A stretch of DNA of 63,566 bases, counting the filler, from Asterionella formosa (Eukaryota): NCBI GenBank assembly GCA_002256025.1. It is 12 parts of 12 records of this genome, joined end to end, with 100 filler letters (N's around TTAATTAATTAA, not from the genome) between each part and the next. Parts side by side here need not be neighbours in the genome. Positions count along the whole stretch, not along the records: positions 36,507 to 37,598 come from NKIB01004383.1; positions 37,699 to 38,790 come from NKIB01004384.1; positions 38,891 to 39,982 come from NKIB01004385.1; positions 40,083 to 41,174 come from NKIB01004386.1; positions 41,275 to 42,366 come from NKIB01004387.1; positions 42,467 to 43,558 come from NKIB01004388.1; positions 43,659 to 44,750 come from NKIB01004389.1; positions 44,851 to 62,375 come from NKIB01004390.1; 4 more parts are not named here. One strand, 5' to 3'. The translations under genes and the position numbers were made by a program. Below are positions 37,149-48,990 of this stretch, piece after piece; the stretch's first letter is position 1; each line of letters starts with the position of its first letter. Below the pieces are notes generated by a model that searched no databases, was not told where the DNA came from, and worked only from the letters and a program-made list of their open reading frames with translations.

Positions 37149-37328
37149 GGCCCCGTCTTACGGCGCCCGAATTACGAAGATTCAGTCGCCCGGATACCTG
37201 TTGGGCGTTTAATCTTCGTATTTTCGTCCCTTGCGGACTAAATAACTCGCAAATCCCCCCCGATTACGAAGATTAATCTTCGTTTGCCCGAATATTTCGA
37301 GGGTCATCCCCGATATTGACCCAATCTT
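37149..37328. mobile_element. Probable DNA-transposon end with ATTACGAAGATT subterminal repeats
   Basis: Begins TAA|GGCCCCGT (PIF/Harbinger-like terminus). It has direct and inverted ACGAAGATT copies, including the palindrome ACGAAGATTAATCTTCGT. No matching second TIR is seen. Confidence 0.4.
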
Positions 37329-37508
37329 CGGCACTTGAGTTCCAGGTGGGTACACACGGAGCTGCGCTGAGGAAACACCTTGAAGATTGTCACCACATTC
37401 AATCTTCACAGCTTTCTTCAAGTCAGCAATGTCATCATTCTGATTCAAAGTAACTTTAAAGGGATCTAGGGCTGCGTTTCCAAGAAACAACTGGAACCAA
37501 ACCTTCAT
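37329..37508 (-). pseudogene. Crinkler/CR-type ubiquitin-like header domain, truncated after codon 60
   Basis: 49/60 aa identical to the gene at 43671. Similarity stops abruptly at 37329, where a repeat-rich segment begins. Confidence 0.7.
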
Positions 37509-37834
37509 TGTTTTCTAACTGATGGTGGTGGGTACCTGGTTGGGAGTACAAGACAATGGAAGTGAGAGGAGAGGAGAGGAGGAGAGGAGAACCTTCTGNN
37601 NNNNNNNNNNNNNNNNNNNNNNNNNNNNNNNNNNNNNNNNNNTTAATTAATTAANNNNNNNNNNNNNNNNNNNNNNNNNNNNNNNNNNNNNNNNNNNNTG
37701 TTTTTATATGTTTTTATGAATGTGTGATTGTATTGTATGTATGCGAATCATTACTTTTGTTAATTTTAGCCACCATGTATTGACCTTGACATCGTTCTTC
37801 CCATTTTTTCAGTTGTCGACTTTCATTATTTGCC

Positions 37835-38790
37835 ATGATTAACCTCTCCTTTTGCCTCCTGCTGTCGATTCTCACAAGAGGCGCTTGCTTTCTTTCTTCA
37901 CACCATTCCCGATTAAATAACTGCATTGCTCTTCAATCTTCAACGGATCGGAAAGACGATGGCGTTGTTTCCTCTGCCTCCATATTTGCTGGTACTGGTC
38001 AGGCTCAAGTAGATATGAACCGGTACAATCTGCCCCTGGATGAGATTGCAGATCAATGGTCCGCAAATATCATGGCCCAAACTGTATTGACAGAAAGTGG
38101 GGCGTTTCTTGGCGCAAAGAACAGTCGGGACAACTTTGCTGATACGGTCAAGATTAGCTTCCCTCGTAGACTCGACGCAGGACTTGGGATTGAATTGTTG
38201 GAGATTGCTGGTGGGCGCGACGATGGGTTAGGAATCACAGTTGTACAGGGACTGGTGGAGGGAGGATCTGCGGAAGGGTCGGGAATCATGAAGGGAGACT
38301 CCATAGTCGCAGTTGAAGTACAGAAACGAAATAGTGACAGCAATGGAGTGTCGATAGCAACCGAATGTTTGGGTTACGATGCCACTGTCGATGCCATATT
38401 GAGCCTTCCTCCTGCCAGCGCCGATGAAATTTTTCATTTGACGGTCAAACGTTTGCGGCGCAAGCCCAAAATTACGCTGAACCTTCAATTTCCCCCCTCC
38501 ACTGGCGAGCCAAATCAAACGTTAGAACTCTTCAGCGGCGAGAACTTACGTCGAGCTATGCTGACAAGGGGAGTCAAGCTTAATGACAAATTCAGCAAAC
38601 GATTTGATAGTGGAGGTACGGGAGATTGCGGTGCTGAAGGTACTTGTGCGACCTGTGTTGTAAGTGTTACAGATGGATTTGATTTGCTGAACAAAGCTGG
38701 CATCCAAGAACAGCAAATTTTGGTCAAGAATCCCCGATGGAGACTTGCCTGCAAGGCTATCGTAGGCTTTGGTATGAAAGAGGGTTCCGT
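37835..38790 (+). CDS. Plastid-targeted PDZ + [2Fe-2S] ferredoxin domain protein (3'-truncated)
   Basis: Signal peptide ..TRGAC-F; PDZ-like GLGIEL..VQGLVEGGSAEGSGIMKGDSI; ferredoxin Cys motif CGAEGTCATC...RLAC. Confidence 0.8.
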
Positions 38791-38891
38791 NNNNNNNNNN
38801 NNNNNNNNNNNNNNNNNNNNNNNNNNNNNNNNNNTTAATTAATTAANNNNNNNNNNNNNNNNNNNNNNNNNNNNNNNNNNNNNNNNNNNNG

Positions 38892-39902
38892 CAACGAGCG
38901 AATGCTTTGTTTTCTCAACTGTTTCAATTAAAAGGAGGGGATTCATACACATCTAATAGATCGAAATCTTCGGATCAGCACTATATGATGGATGAAGGAG
39001 CCACGATAACTATGCCTGGTTTACGAGCCGTTTGGAGTGACGACGACAAGGTAGCCTTTGCCGCTCTTGACCATGTTGGATATACAATTGAATCCGACAC
39101 AGTGACCCATACTGGAGGATGGAGCGCGCACAAGGCAGTCTACGTACCTGATGAGAATGATGCAATCAGGCCCTGCTGGATCAAGGAATCTGTTGAAGGA
39201 AAGATCACGCAATTTGACTACAGCACATTGCCAATTGGGCGAGGACCACGGATTCTTATATTGTACGGATCGTTGCGTCCTGAATCCTTCAGTCGCAAGT
39301 GTGCTTTTGAATTCGCCCGCATCTTGGATCTTTTGGGCTGCGATGTTCGCATCTACAATCCTCGTGGCCTTCCGGTCCGTGATCCCAGCCTCGAGAATGA
39401 CATAAAGGTCGTTGAGCTTCGTGCCTTGTCCATGTGGTCTGAAGGACATGTTTGGGTCTCGCCTGAAATGCATGGTACAATTACTGGAGTCTTTAAAAAT
39501 CAAATTGATTGGATCCCACTAAATACTGGATCAGTGCGACCAACTCAAGGTCGAACGTGCCAAGTGGCTCAAGTCAATGGAGGGTCCCAGTCGTTCAATG
39601 CTGTCAATGCACTCCGTTTATTGGCGCGTTGGATGCGCATGCCCTGCTCGACCAATCAATCATCTATTGCAAAGGCATGGCAGGAGTTCGATGGTGATGG
39701 TCGAATGAAGGAGTCTGACTTTCGTGATCGGTTGGTGGACTGTGCAGAAGAGTTTGCCAAGTTTACAGCTATCATGGTTCCGGTGGCAGATGAACTCACA
39801 AATCGTTATAGTGAACGCAAAGAAAAAGAAAAGGAAGGCCGTCTATTGACTCAAGCTGAGAAAGAAACCAAAACTATGGTTGCAGAATCCCGAAAAGGAT
39901 GA
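38892..39902 (+). CDS. arsH: Arsenical resistance protein ArsH (NADPH-dependent FMN reductase) with N-terminal extension; probably 5'-truncated
   Basis: [77 protein letters not shown] and RYSER; the frame is open to the contig edge. Confidence 0.92.
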   Translation, partial: QRANALFSQLFQLKGGDSYTSNRSKSSDQHYMMDEGATITMPGLRAVWSDDDKVAFAALDHVGYTIESDTVTHTGGWSAHKAVYVPDENDAIRPCWIKESVEGKITQFDYSTLPIGRGPRILILYGSLRPESFSRKCAFEFARILDLLGCDVRIYNPRGLPVRDPSLENDIKVVELRALSMWSEGHVWVSPEMHGTITGVFKNQIDWIPLNTGSVRPTQGRTCQVAQVNGGSQSFNAVNALRLLARWMRMPCSTNQSSIAKAWQEFDGDGRMKESDFRDRLVDCAEEFAKFTAIMVPVADELTNRYSERKEKEKEGRLLTQAEKETKTMVAESRKG

Positions 39903-41274
39903 GTTGAGTGTTTCAGCTCCGTTCTGTAACCCCTAGATTTTTTCAGGGGATGCGTTCGGGTTATGGAAAAGCCATACCACAGNNNNNNNNNNNNNNNNNN
40001 NNNNNNNNNNNNNNNNNNNNNNNNNNTTAATTAATTAANNNNNNNNNNNNNNNNNNNNNNNNNNNNNNNNNNNNNNNNNNNNTTTCTGATTGTCTGTAAG
40101 GACTGTTGCCTCCAAATGTAAGTGACTGGTATCCAGCTTGTCCTCATCGATTTAGGCGAAGTCTTTCAGAGTTGAAGAGTCCATGTTCATTGTCTTTGGT
40201 GTACCTGGAGGACTTTTTGGTCTTCTTTCTGTTTGTCTTGTTGAGGATGAGGGAGTGCTGTCTGCATCTCTGTGTGCCTTTTTTCTACCTTGCTTGCTCA
40301 TCGGGATTGAGATACAATTTACTAAGCTCATGCTTTGTCCAATGTCTTTCTTTTTCGTCAGTTTTTAATGAAATTTACTCTACTTGTACTAGTATGACCA
40401 GCATCAACCAGCATGTTCTCAGTGGTGGTAGTAACACCAGCACCTTTTGCTTCCCTTTCCACAATTGTGACCAGTGAATTTTATACTCCTATTGATCTTG
40501 CCCCTGCCATGGCAGTGGTGAGGGAACCACCCCAGCAATTGAATGATTCTATTTATTTCTATCACACCAGAAAACAAGCCTGAGCAGTCCATATATTATC
40601 AGTTACTGAGATCAAGATCCTTGTGCAATGGTTTTGAAGAAGTGGCCATTTGCAAGTACCACAAACAAAACAAGTTTTACTTACTTACTTGGGTGAGACC
40701 TCACCATGCCAAGGAGAGGCCACCAGTGAGAACCACAATGGCGGACCACAACTGTTGCGGCTTTCATCTCTATTCTCTATCTTCCTTTGGCTGGTGCCGA
40801 TGTGGCTGACACAAAAGGGAAAATTGATGTTCTATCAATGCCTTCAGATGCAGTGGGTACTGGCGAGGAAGAATAGAAAGAGTGAGAGGAGAGGAGAGGA
40901 CCGGGTGGAGGCAGAAGCCGAGCAACAAAAAATCTGATCATAAGAATGAACAAAAGGTTGGCTGACATCTGTCATACTATTACCAGAAGCCAGATGTATG
41001 CGCATTAGTTGTGATGAACGTAAACATTTCCTACATAAATCTATGTAGAGAAAGCAAAATCAAAATAAGCACTAATATGACTATTGACAGAAAAACTTAA
41101 ATAATATGAGAATTAAGAGGCAAACTGAATATTATGAAAGGGATAATGCATGAAAATGAATGATCATTGATTTANNNNNNNNNNNNNNNNNNNNNNNNNN
41201 NNNNNNNNNNNNNNNNNNTTAATTAATTAANNNNNNNNNNNNNNNNNNNNNNNNNNNNNNNNNNNNNNNNNNNN

Positions 41275-42366
41275 TCGTTTTGCAACCATGAAAGCCGAAA
41301 TTGAAGCAACAACGAGGAAGGTCTCGGTCACTCTGGTGAAGGAAGAGTTTAGATATTTTGTTGAACAACTGGTCAAACAGTTTTCGATTGGAATTACCCT
41401 TCACTGTTTTGGGGCGCCCGATCATATAAGAATATAGCTCCATGAGGTGATCCATTATTCCTTCTTGAATGGAATAGATTTTTCCGGAGGAACGTGCCCA
41501 TTAACACCAAGAGGATTGCCACCAAAACACAACTGATACCAAAAGGGATAGATGAATCTTTGGCTCACATTATCCAATAAATCTTTTATGCCCCGGATTA
41601 ATAGTTCCTCGTAATCAATCTGACCTACAGGACTGCATTCATGAGATGGATTGTCCGTTTGATCAAACGGACAATCACATTCACGACACATTCTGGCAGT
41701 CTTTAGATATGTTTTCTTTCGTCCGCATTGTCCATCTAAACCTTCAGCATCACCGAGAATTAGACCAACCGGAACTTTCACATTAAGTGTAAATTGATTG
41801 CCTCCGAAATTGAAAATGTGTTTGAATCCACCAGCTTGTTGGACATTCTTGACCCCCTCAAGAATCAAACCAAGGACAGCGTGATAATCGGATTCCTTTT
41901 GATCAGGGGTTAGGGACTGGATTTCAGATAGACTTGATGAGGTCAGCTTTGGGATCAATCCGATTGGATGCCATGCATTGACCTTATTTCTCACATTGGT
42001 AGTAAATATACCAAGTGACATTAGGACAGGCTCCATTGTGTACTTTCCTTTTTCAACCGTGTGTGTCTTGTCAATAAAGAACATGAGTGGAACAAGGAAG
42101 TCATTTGGCTGAGAACATAAATATTCATGGGCATCTATCCACCAGGTACCAGTATGAAATTCGGATCTGACACTGGTGGGTTGTGGTGCTTTACACGGAT
42201 TGACGAAATCAAATGACACATTTTGTGGTGACATTATTATGTCATTTGTCAAGAGATTCTTAACCTGAGCCATAAAATCAAAACATACAACATCAATCAG
42301 TTTTCCATCATGCAATATGGCCTGTTTCACCTGGGGAGTTAAATCATTCATGTTAAATCGGTTTTG
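41275..42366 (-). mobile_element. Plavaka-like transposase fragment with a frameshift near 41480
   Basis: EFHTGTWW, LVPLMFFIDKTH, EPVLMSLG, AWHPIGLIP, YHAVLGLIL, LILGDAEG..CG..CRECDC, then in a shifted frame QEGIMDH..QSDRDLPR. Confidence 0.7.
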
Positions 42367-42466
42367 NNNNNNNNNNNNNNNNNNNNNNNNNNNNNNNNNN
42401 NNNNNNNNNNTTAATTAATTAANNNNNNNNNNNNNNNNNNNNNNNNNNNNNNNNNNNNNNNNNNNN

Positions 42467-42690
42467 TCACAAGCGCACGATATCGCCTGTTTCCTGGATC
42501 TGATGTATGGATTAAGAAAGGTAACAGGTTAAGTACTAGAAATTCCAGAAATCTGTTCGAGGTACAAGGTTATTTTATTCTGCTGACGAAGATACTTACG
42601 ATGGTTGGTTCCTCCTCCTCGTCCATACAAGACATCATTTGCATGAGGCCTATTGATTCCTTGACTCGGCCAAGAACAAAGGGAATTCAT
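42467..42690 (-). CDS. DUF6824-domain protein N-terminus (intron 42500-42599; 3'-truncated; missed by the ORF track)
   Basis: The splice gives MNSLCSWPSQGINRPHANDVLYGRGGGTNH|HPGNRRYRALV, the DVLxGRG..H.GN..YR signature. Confidence 0.85.
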
Positions 42691-43670
42691 CTCGTCGCTG
42701 CTTTTCGTTATTGCTGGAAACGACGAGGAAGCCTTGCTTATTTGCTATGGTATTTCAAATGCCTATTTTGTTCCAGACACACTCTATTCGTTCTGAGATT
42801 TGATATTGTGGTCGATTTGATACCTTGTCGACGTTTCACAAAAGTATAGGTAAATAAGATTTGTTGTCGATATCTAATGTAGTGTTTCAGCAATGCATGA
42901 ATAATTTTTGGGACAAAAGCATTCACGTTGTTTCAGTAACGCACCAGCCAGTATCAGGTAAAAGACACATTTTACATATTAGGGAGTATTTTGTATATTA
43001 TATTAGTGCCGCAATGACGTACGTCGACAAGTTCTAGCATACCGGTACAATTTTCGATCCCAGCCAATGTTCTTGACACTTGTACACGTCAAAAGGTCTT
43101 GCTATACAACTATTTTTTTAGTTTCTTTTTTACTTAGAAGCTACCATATATTATTGCTTAACCCTCGGTCCGGAGAAATGGTATGTTGATCATCCGCATT
43201 TCGCTCATACCGGTGCATTCATCCACTGATATTGAGTCATGCAAAAGGCAGGCATTCCGCCCAACTCCCTGATGGTGTGATCGATGATTTTTTCGCTCAG
43301 CTATAAACAAGTATCCAATGCTACTGGTACTAAAACATGTACGTAGCTATATATTGATAGGTGGAACTGCTCCACCAACATCTAAGACGCCGTTTACGGT
43401 ACTTTTTCGAATTTATGTATAAAGTAGAGCACATCATTATGATAGCTAAATGTATTATTAATACCTGGTACTCGAAAATGACTGAGTAGAAAAGTGACTC
43501 ATCATGGTCTCGCTTGCGGATTCCATCATAGCATTTGGACTGCACACTGCTTGGGAGCNNNNNNNNNNNNNNNNNNNNNNNNNNNNNNNNNNNNNNNNNN
43601 NNTTAATTAATTAANNNNNNNNNNNNNNNNNNNNNNNNNNNNNNNNNNNNNNNNNNNNAGGTAGAAAACA

Positions 43671-44750
43671 ATGAAGGTTTGGTTCCAGTTGTTTCTTGGA
43701 AACGCAGGACTATTGCCAGTTTATGTCACGTTGAATCAGAATGATGTCATTGCTGACTTGATGGAAGCTGTGAAGATTAAATGTGGTGACGATCTTCAAG
43801 GTGTTTCCTCAGCGCGGCTCCGTGTGTGCCCACCTGGAACTCAAGTGCCGGTTCCTGAGGGAGCTGATGATCCAACCATGGATCCTGGAGGTCTGGTTGT
43901 TCATCTGAATTGGGGAACTAGCAGCAAGAATGCGTTCGTGATCGTGATCCTGATCGTGGTCATCCAACCTGATATTGGTACGTGTTTTGATCTCATGGAA
44001 TACCTTCTATTGTATTGTAGGTCACAGCTCCTAATACTCACGTATCATTTCGTATCATTTATCCCATACAAATACTCGCTACTGTTGAAAAGACCAAGGA
44101 ACGACGAAACGCCAGAAACAAAATGATGAGCAGGAGGAAGCCTCGACCTTAATATTGCTTATAAAGGAGAAGCTCAACGTTCATTTCAAGCGCTTGAAGG
44201 TGGATCAGGAAAAGCGAATCGTTCCACAGACAATGCATATCTACAAGATTGATCGAAACGAGCTTCCTTTTGAACCTACTTTATCTGATTCTGACGATTC
44301 TTTACCTCCTTCTGATCCCATTGTTCCCGTCTTTTCCCCCGAAGATAGTTACTGGATGAAAGGGCTCCGAAAAGTGCGGTTTAATGATTGCAAGAGACGG
44401 GGAATCTTATATCGGCCTGAAATTGTGAAGGATATGATGAAAGCGGTTGAAGATGCCTTCAATATAGGTGGTCCGGCTGGAATCATGATTAAGGGACCGC
44501 AGGGAATTGGCAAGTCGCACTCACTTGTTAACTTGATTCGTACGCTGCAATATGACAGTAGCTGCAAGTACCTCGTAACTGTCATTCCAGACTGTCAACA
44601 TTGGAACGACATTGACCATTTGTACACTGCGATCTGCAGTTCATTTGGTACTTCATTATCGGCTCTCTCATGGTCGAGCAGCCCAGGTTCGGTTTCGCAA
44701 GAGGAACACCTCAAAACCTTTGTCAATGCGATTGACTTGATTCTTCGACG
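43671..44750 (+). CDS. Crinkler/CR-type protein: Ubl header + P-loop NTPase; intron 43978-44092; 3'-truncated
   Basis: Header V.L..ND.IADL..AVK......L....A.L.V and terminal hydrophobic strand VIVILIVVIQP. The in-frame splice leads to KRQK and then the Walker A motif GIMIKGPQGIGKSHSL. Confidence 0.72.
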
Positions 44751-46551
44751 NNNNNNNNNNNNNNNNNNNNNNNNNNNNNNNNNNNNNNNNNNNNTTAATT
44801 AATTAANNNNNNNNNNNNNNNNNNNNNNNNNNNNNNNNNNNNNNNNNNNNGTCCGTTGATTCTTGCGAGCGCCATTGATGCGATCGGAGCGTTATTCCGC
44901 TTGCGCATGTTGGGTGGCAAGGGGTATGATTGTAGAAATCTCGGTAAGAGGATAGATGGGCAAGGGCGTCAATCGACTAGTAGAAGATGATAAAGGTAAG
45001 AGCGTGAGTTGAAGAAAACTGAGCTTAAGGACCCCTAGAGCACAATAGAACGATAAAACCACTAGCAATGGTGTTAAATCAATCAGCTGATCAACAATTG
45101 TGGTGCTTTTGATAGTATTGGGTGAGGACCTACAAACAAACCACATCGAGCACTTGACGTGTACAAATGGAATTTTTCCTCTGGTATGTCGTGTACTGAA
45201 ACGTGTAGTAGGAGTGAATAGTTAACGCGGATTGTTGTTCAATTTTTTTTTTCTTTAATTCATTTCATCACGGATTTGTCAAATTACCTAGGATTTAACA
45301 ATTGCCTATTTTATCAATCGTAACGTATGCAATTCGAGTCCTCAGAGCAGCCGATTTACGAACTTCCTCAATCTAACGATTTGCCGGTAAGCGTTTCCTG
45401 TGTGTTATTTTTGATATTGGACTAAGGCACCCTGAAAGTGCTTACCAGCAAGTCATTGGTTTGAGCGAGATCTCAGTCTGCTGCACCAAAAACGATACCC
45501 CAAATTTCTCTGAGCAGCCAAGTCACTCGAGAGAAGAATCAATGGATCAGTATACAAATTTTCAGTCTGGACGTCAAAAGAGCATGTCGTTGCTGGCTGT
45601 GGCATCTGAATTCTATTTGTACAGCATGTCAAGTGCTCCATGTGACAGAATAAATGATAACAAATTATAGGAATCAAGGATAAGATCATTCTGTTATATG
45701 TTTCGGGAGATTTGATGATCTGATGGATCTGTAGGCCATTTGCTAGGCAATTCCAATGCAGTGGCAATTCCAAAAATTGAGCTCCCAACAATCCATCAGA
45801 GGAGAATAGCATTTCACCACTCCACAATCATCACTACACATGTCAATAGCACCACCCGTTTGATGCTTCTTTTGCCCCTGCTGATCTGTTGATTTTAGCA
45901 ATGTTGAAACCTGCCAATTGGTTGCCATTCCTGAAACTATTGATGTATCAGTTTTGTGCTCATGGGTACATATAGGTACACCGTACCACTTATAATGGTC
46001 TAACTGCATACATACCACCATTATTACACGGCCGCACCGGGTTTCATCAAAATTTTATTTAAAAAATTATTAAAAAATTATTATTGAAAAGGTTATGGAT
46101 AAGACATAAAATGCAAGGAATTTATATTCATCGTTAAACACAGTATGAGATGAGAACTCCAAACTTGGGATAATCCGTGCTTTTCACTTTTTTCTCAATT
46201 GCCACTTTTGACCTAAATTAACAAAAGATTGACGTCTCCAATCGGTTGAGAACTAACAGTGTGACTCCAGAGATTACAGTAGCTAATTGCTACTATTGCA
46301 TGACACCACAGCAACAGCTTCTGTTCAAACAGCTGAGGGCATTCATGGGGCAGTACTGGTATGATTCCAAGAAAAATCTGATTGATTCAATTTAGGGTTG
46401 CATCCTGGTGGAATACATTTGCGATTGTGCGCAAGCAAAGATTTTGGATTTCAATGCTAGGGAGAAAAAGCAAGATGCATAGCTATGCATTACCATTATT
46501 TGGTATAGATAGTTCTTGTTGTGGTGCTTTCGAAGAAATGATAGTAGTTGT

Positions 46552-47124
46552 CTAGTAATAAGACTTGAGTAATACATTGTCAATCACATGAAGGATACCA
46601 TATACTGAGAAAATATCTTCTTGAACAATCCTTGCTTCTTCATTGATTATGACATCCAGGTCATTGTGGATTGTGAGATTAAATGCATTTCCAAAATTGG
46701 AGGTGAGTTTTAATTCAGTGGAACTAATCTTCTCACCACAAACTATATCCATTGTCCTCCAACAATTTCTTGCAAAATTACAAGGAAAAATGTGTTCGGA
46801 TAATAAAATTTCCAAAAATATGGAATTGTTGTTGGTCGCATGATAATTACTGTCATCCATCCATACACTGAATGCAGTATTATTGGGAACAAACACTGTA
46901 ATTCCATTATCATTATCATTTTGGAACATGCTGAAAACTGATTGTGTCCGGTTTACTAAATCAATAAAGATGGAAAGATCACCTTGAGGTTGACCATTGG
47001 TTTCTAGTAATATGTCCCATGTTGATTTATTTATCCATGGGACCAAGGGCACTGTAAATTCCATTGAATTGTGGATAACTCCATTCTTCAAAATAATATT
47101 TTGTTCTGTCAAAGACGAAGACAT
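46552..47124 (-). CDS. Fasciclin (FAS1) domain protein, possibly a pseudogene
   Basis: ITVFVPNNTAF, LLSEHI and EDIFSVYGILHVIDNVLL; in-frame stops upstream and no signal peptide found. Confidence 0.6.
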   Translation of the reverse strand: MSSSLTEQNIILKNGVIHNSMEFTVPLVPWINKSTWDILLETNGQPQGDLSIFIDLVNRTQSVFSMFQNDNDNGITVFVPNNTAFSVWMDDSNYHATNNNSIFLEILLSEHIFPCNFARNCWRTMDIVCGEKISSTELKLTSNFGNAFNLTIHNDLDVIINEEARIVQEDIFSVYGILHVIDNVLLKSYY

Positions 47125-48289
47125 TGAATTGTTATTGACACGATATGGGCTTGCTGGTACTCTCTCTGGGGGAAAACAATTGCGTCAAATCTCCGGCACC
47201 ACTCCTGTCTATATTGTTCACATCGAAAGAATTTCGTATCCAACATAACATCTTTCTACGTCCGGATCGACTTGCTCACAAAAATGCGTTACTAATGAGT
47301 TTTCATTGACCTGAAGCAACATATACCGGTACTCTGTTTCTGTAAGCATTAGTGCTAGGATTATACCGATACCGGTACATTCCATGCATGCACATATGGC
47401 CAAATGCTGTTTGACATGTCACTACCGGTATCATAATTATAATTTGAAATGGATTACTGTCGTTCTTTATATACCGGTAGTCTACGTTAGCTACATTTTC
47501 ATCGACCAAACTGCCAGCTATTGAAACGTTTTAAATCATCAAAACGAGCATACCATCGCCGCTTGATCTGTTTACCAGTAGCGCTGGCATGATCTGCAAA
47601 TAGAAAACATCTAATTCATGTGATGCACCATATGATGACGATCATATGATTGTTTAATTTCAATATATTATATCTAATATCTATGACAAAATAATAATTT
47701 AATTGAAACCTTTTTGGACTATGCTTATTGTACAATTATATGTATACTATTCTTTTTGTTCCTGAAGTTCAGTTTCCTCACAAGTTGATGCATGAGCTAA
47801 AATATTGTTGCTTGATATTTGTGATCATCATCACTTGCTCCACTACTACTATTTGCAGCTCCGTCTTCAACACTCAGACAACGACGACGATTTGAATGAT
47901 TGCATTGTTCCTCAAGCCTTTATGGTGTGAAGGTTATGTCATTATCATGTTTCCACAAGGGACACAACAACACACGCACCGGTGCGTGGAGACTCACTTG
48001 GTTCCGTCTTTTCGGATCTTTTTGTTTGTGGTGCTGCTGGTGCAGCGGCAATCGGCTGAATCGGATGAGCTTCCATCTTCCGTGATTTTATCGAGTTTCT
48101 AAAAGGATATGATATTGCTCCTTCGTGGAGCGATAGATGCGTTAAAAAAGCATCAACATTTACGCTCTTCCTAGAATGCCAAGTCCCTTCTTGCCATCTC
48201 TTTCATCATTGCAAAAATCATTGTCATCCCAATGGGCCTTCTTCCTACTGCAGAAAAAAATTTGGATCGAGGCCAAGAAGAAGGGAAGG

Positions 48290-48990
48290 TAAAGAAGCAT
48301 GTGTAAAAGATAGAATTGGTAGTCTTCAGAATCACATTCAATGTGTAGAAGCCTGAACCATATTTGTTTTACACGCGCTCTGTGTAAAGGCAACTCAAGC
48401 CTGGTCAAAAGTCTTCCTAAAGATGTTTTGTTTGTCTGGTTCATTGGCAAAAACATTTGGTCCTGGTGACGAAAATTTTCAGCATCACGGGAACATAGAC
48501 ACCAAAAAATCCCTAAATAGCCTGCTCACATGATGAACAAATATTCCTTGGGACGCAGTTAAGCCTTGAGCAAAATTATTTATTCGACTTCGAACTTCAC
48601 CAGTATTCCTAACATTGACTCCAGAGTGACAATGTTGCCAGTTGTCATTGAGACAACGAGATCTAAGTTATTGGTACCATGTAGATTGTCTGCTTGTACC
48701 ATTGCAACAACTTCCTCACCAATGGCTACCAATTGAATGCAACCCAAACCAGTTTCAACTATGAATAGGTTTGAGCCGACAGGCTGAACAATAGTATGTA
48801 AACCTTAAGTGCTCCCCCTGTGTGGAGTTCCCATTTCTTTCTTGTTCTTTTTCTTTGGTTGTTGCCATGCAGTACCATTATGGGAGATATAAGCTTTCCA
48901 ATGACTTTGATTGGCATGCAAATCCACAAGGAGAGGTTGCGGCAACATCTGATGAAGCAACACGTCCCCCATCCCGTTGTGTAAATAAAA
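48290..48990 (-). pseudogene. Degenerate fragment of a DEX1-like (FG-GAP/beta-propeller) gene
   Basis: PQPLLVDLH; GLHTIVQPVGSNLFIVETGLGCIQLVAIGEEVVAMVQADNLHGTNNLDLVVSMTTGNIVTLES; GFYTLNVILKT; interrupted by stops and frameshifts. Confidence 0.6.

Noticed and set aside
40083..41173. Short ORFs on both strands of a 1-kb contig
   Set aside because: Stop-ridden with no recognisable motifs; perhaps decayed TE but unsupported.
36507..44750. Apparent defence/resistance island (CR genes, arsH, transposase)
   Set aside because: It consists of seven unrelated 1092-bp contigs joined by artificial linkers.
36451..44806. Regularly spaced TTAATTAATTAA as a CRISPR-like or biological repeat
   Set aside because: It is a six-frame stop linker embedded in Ns.
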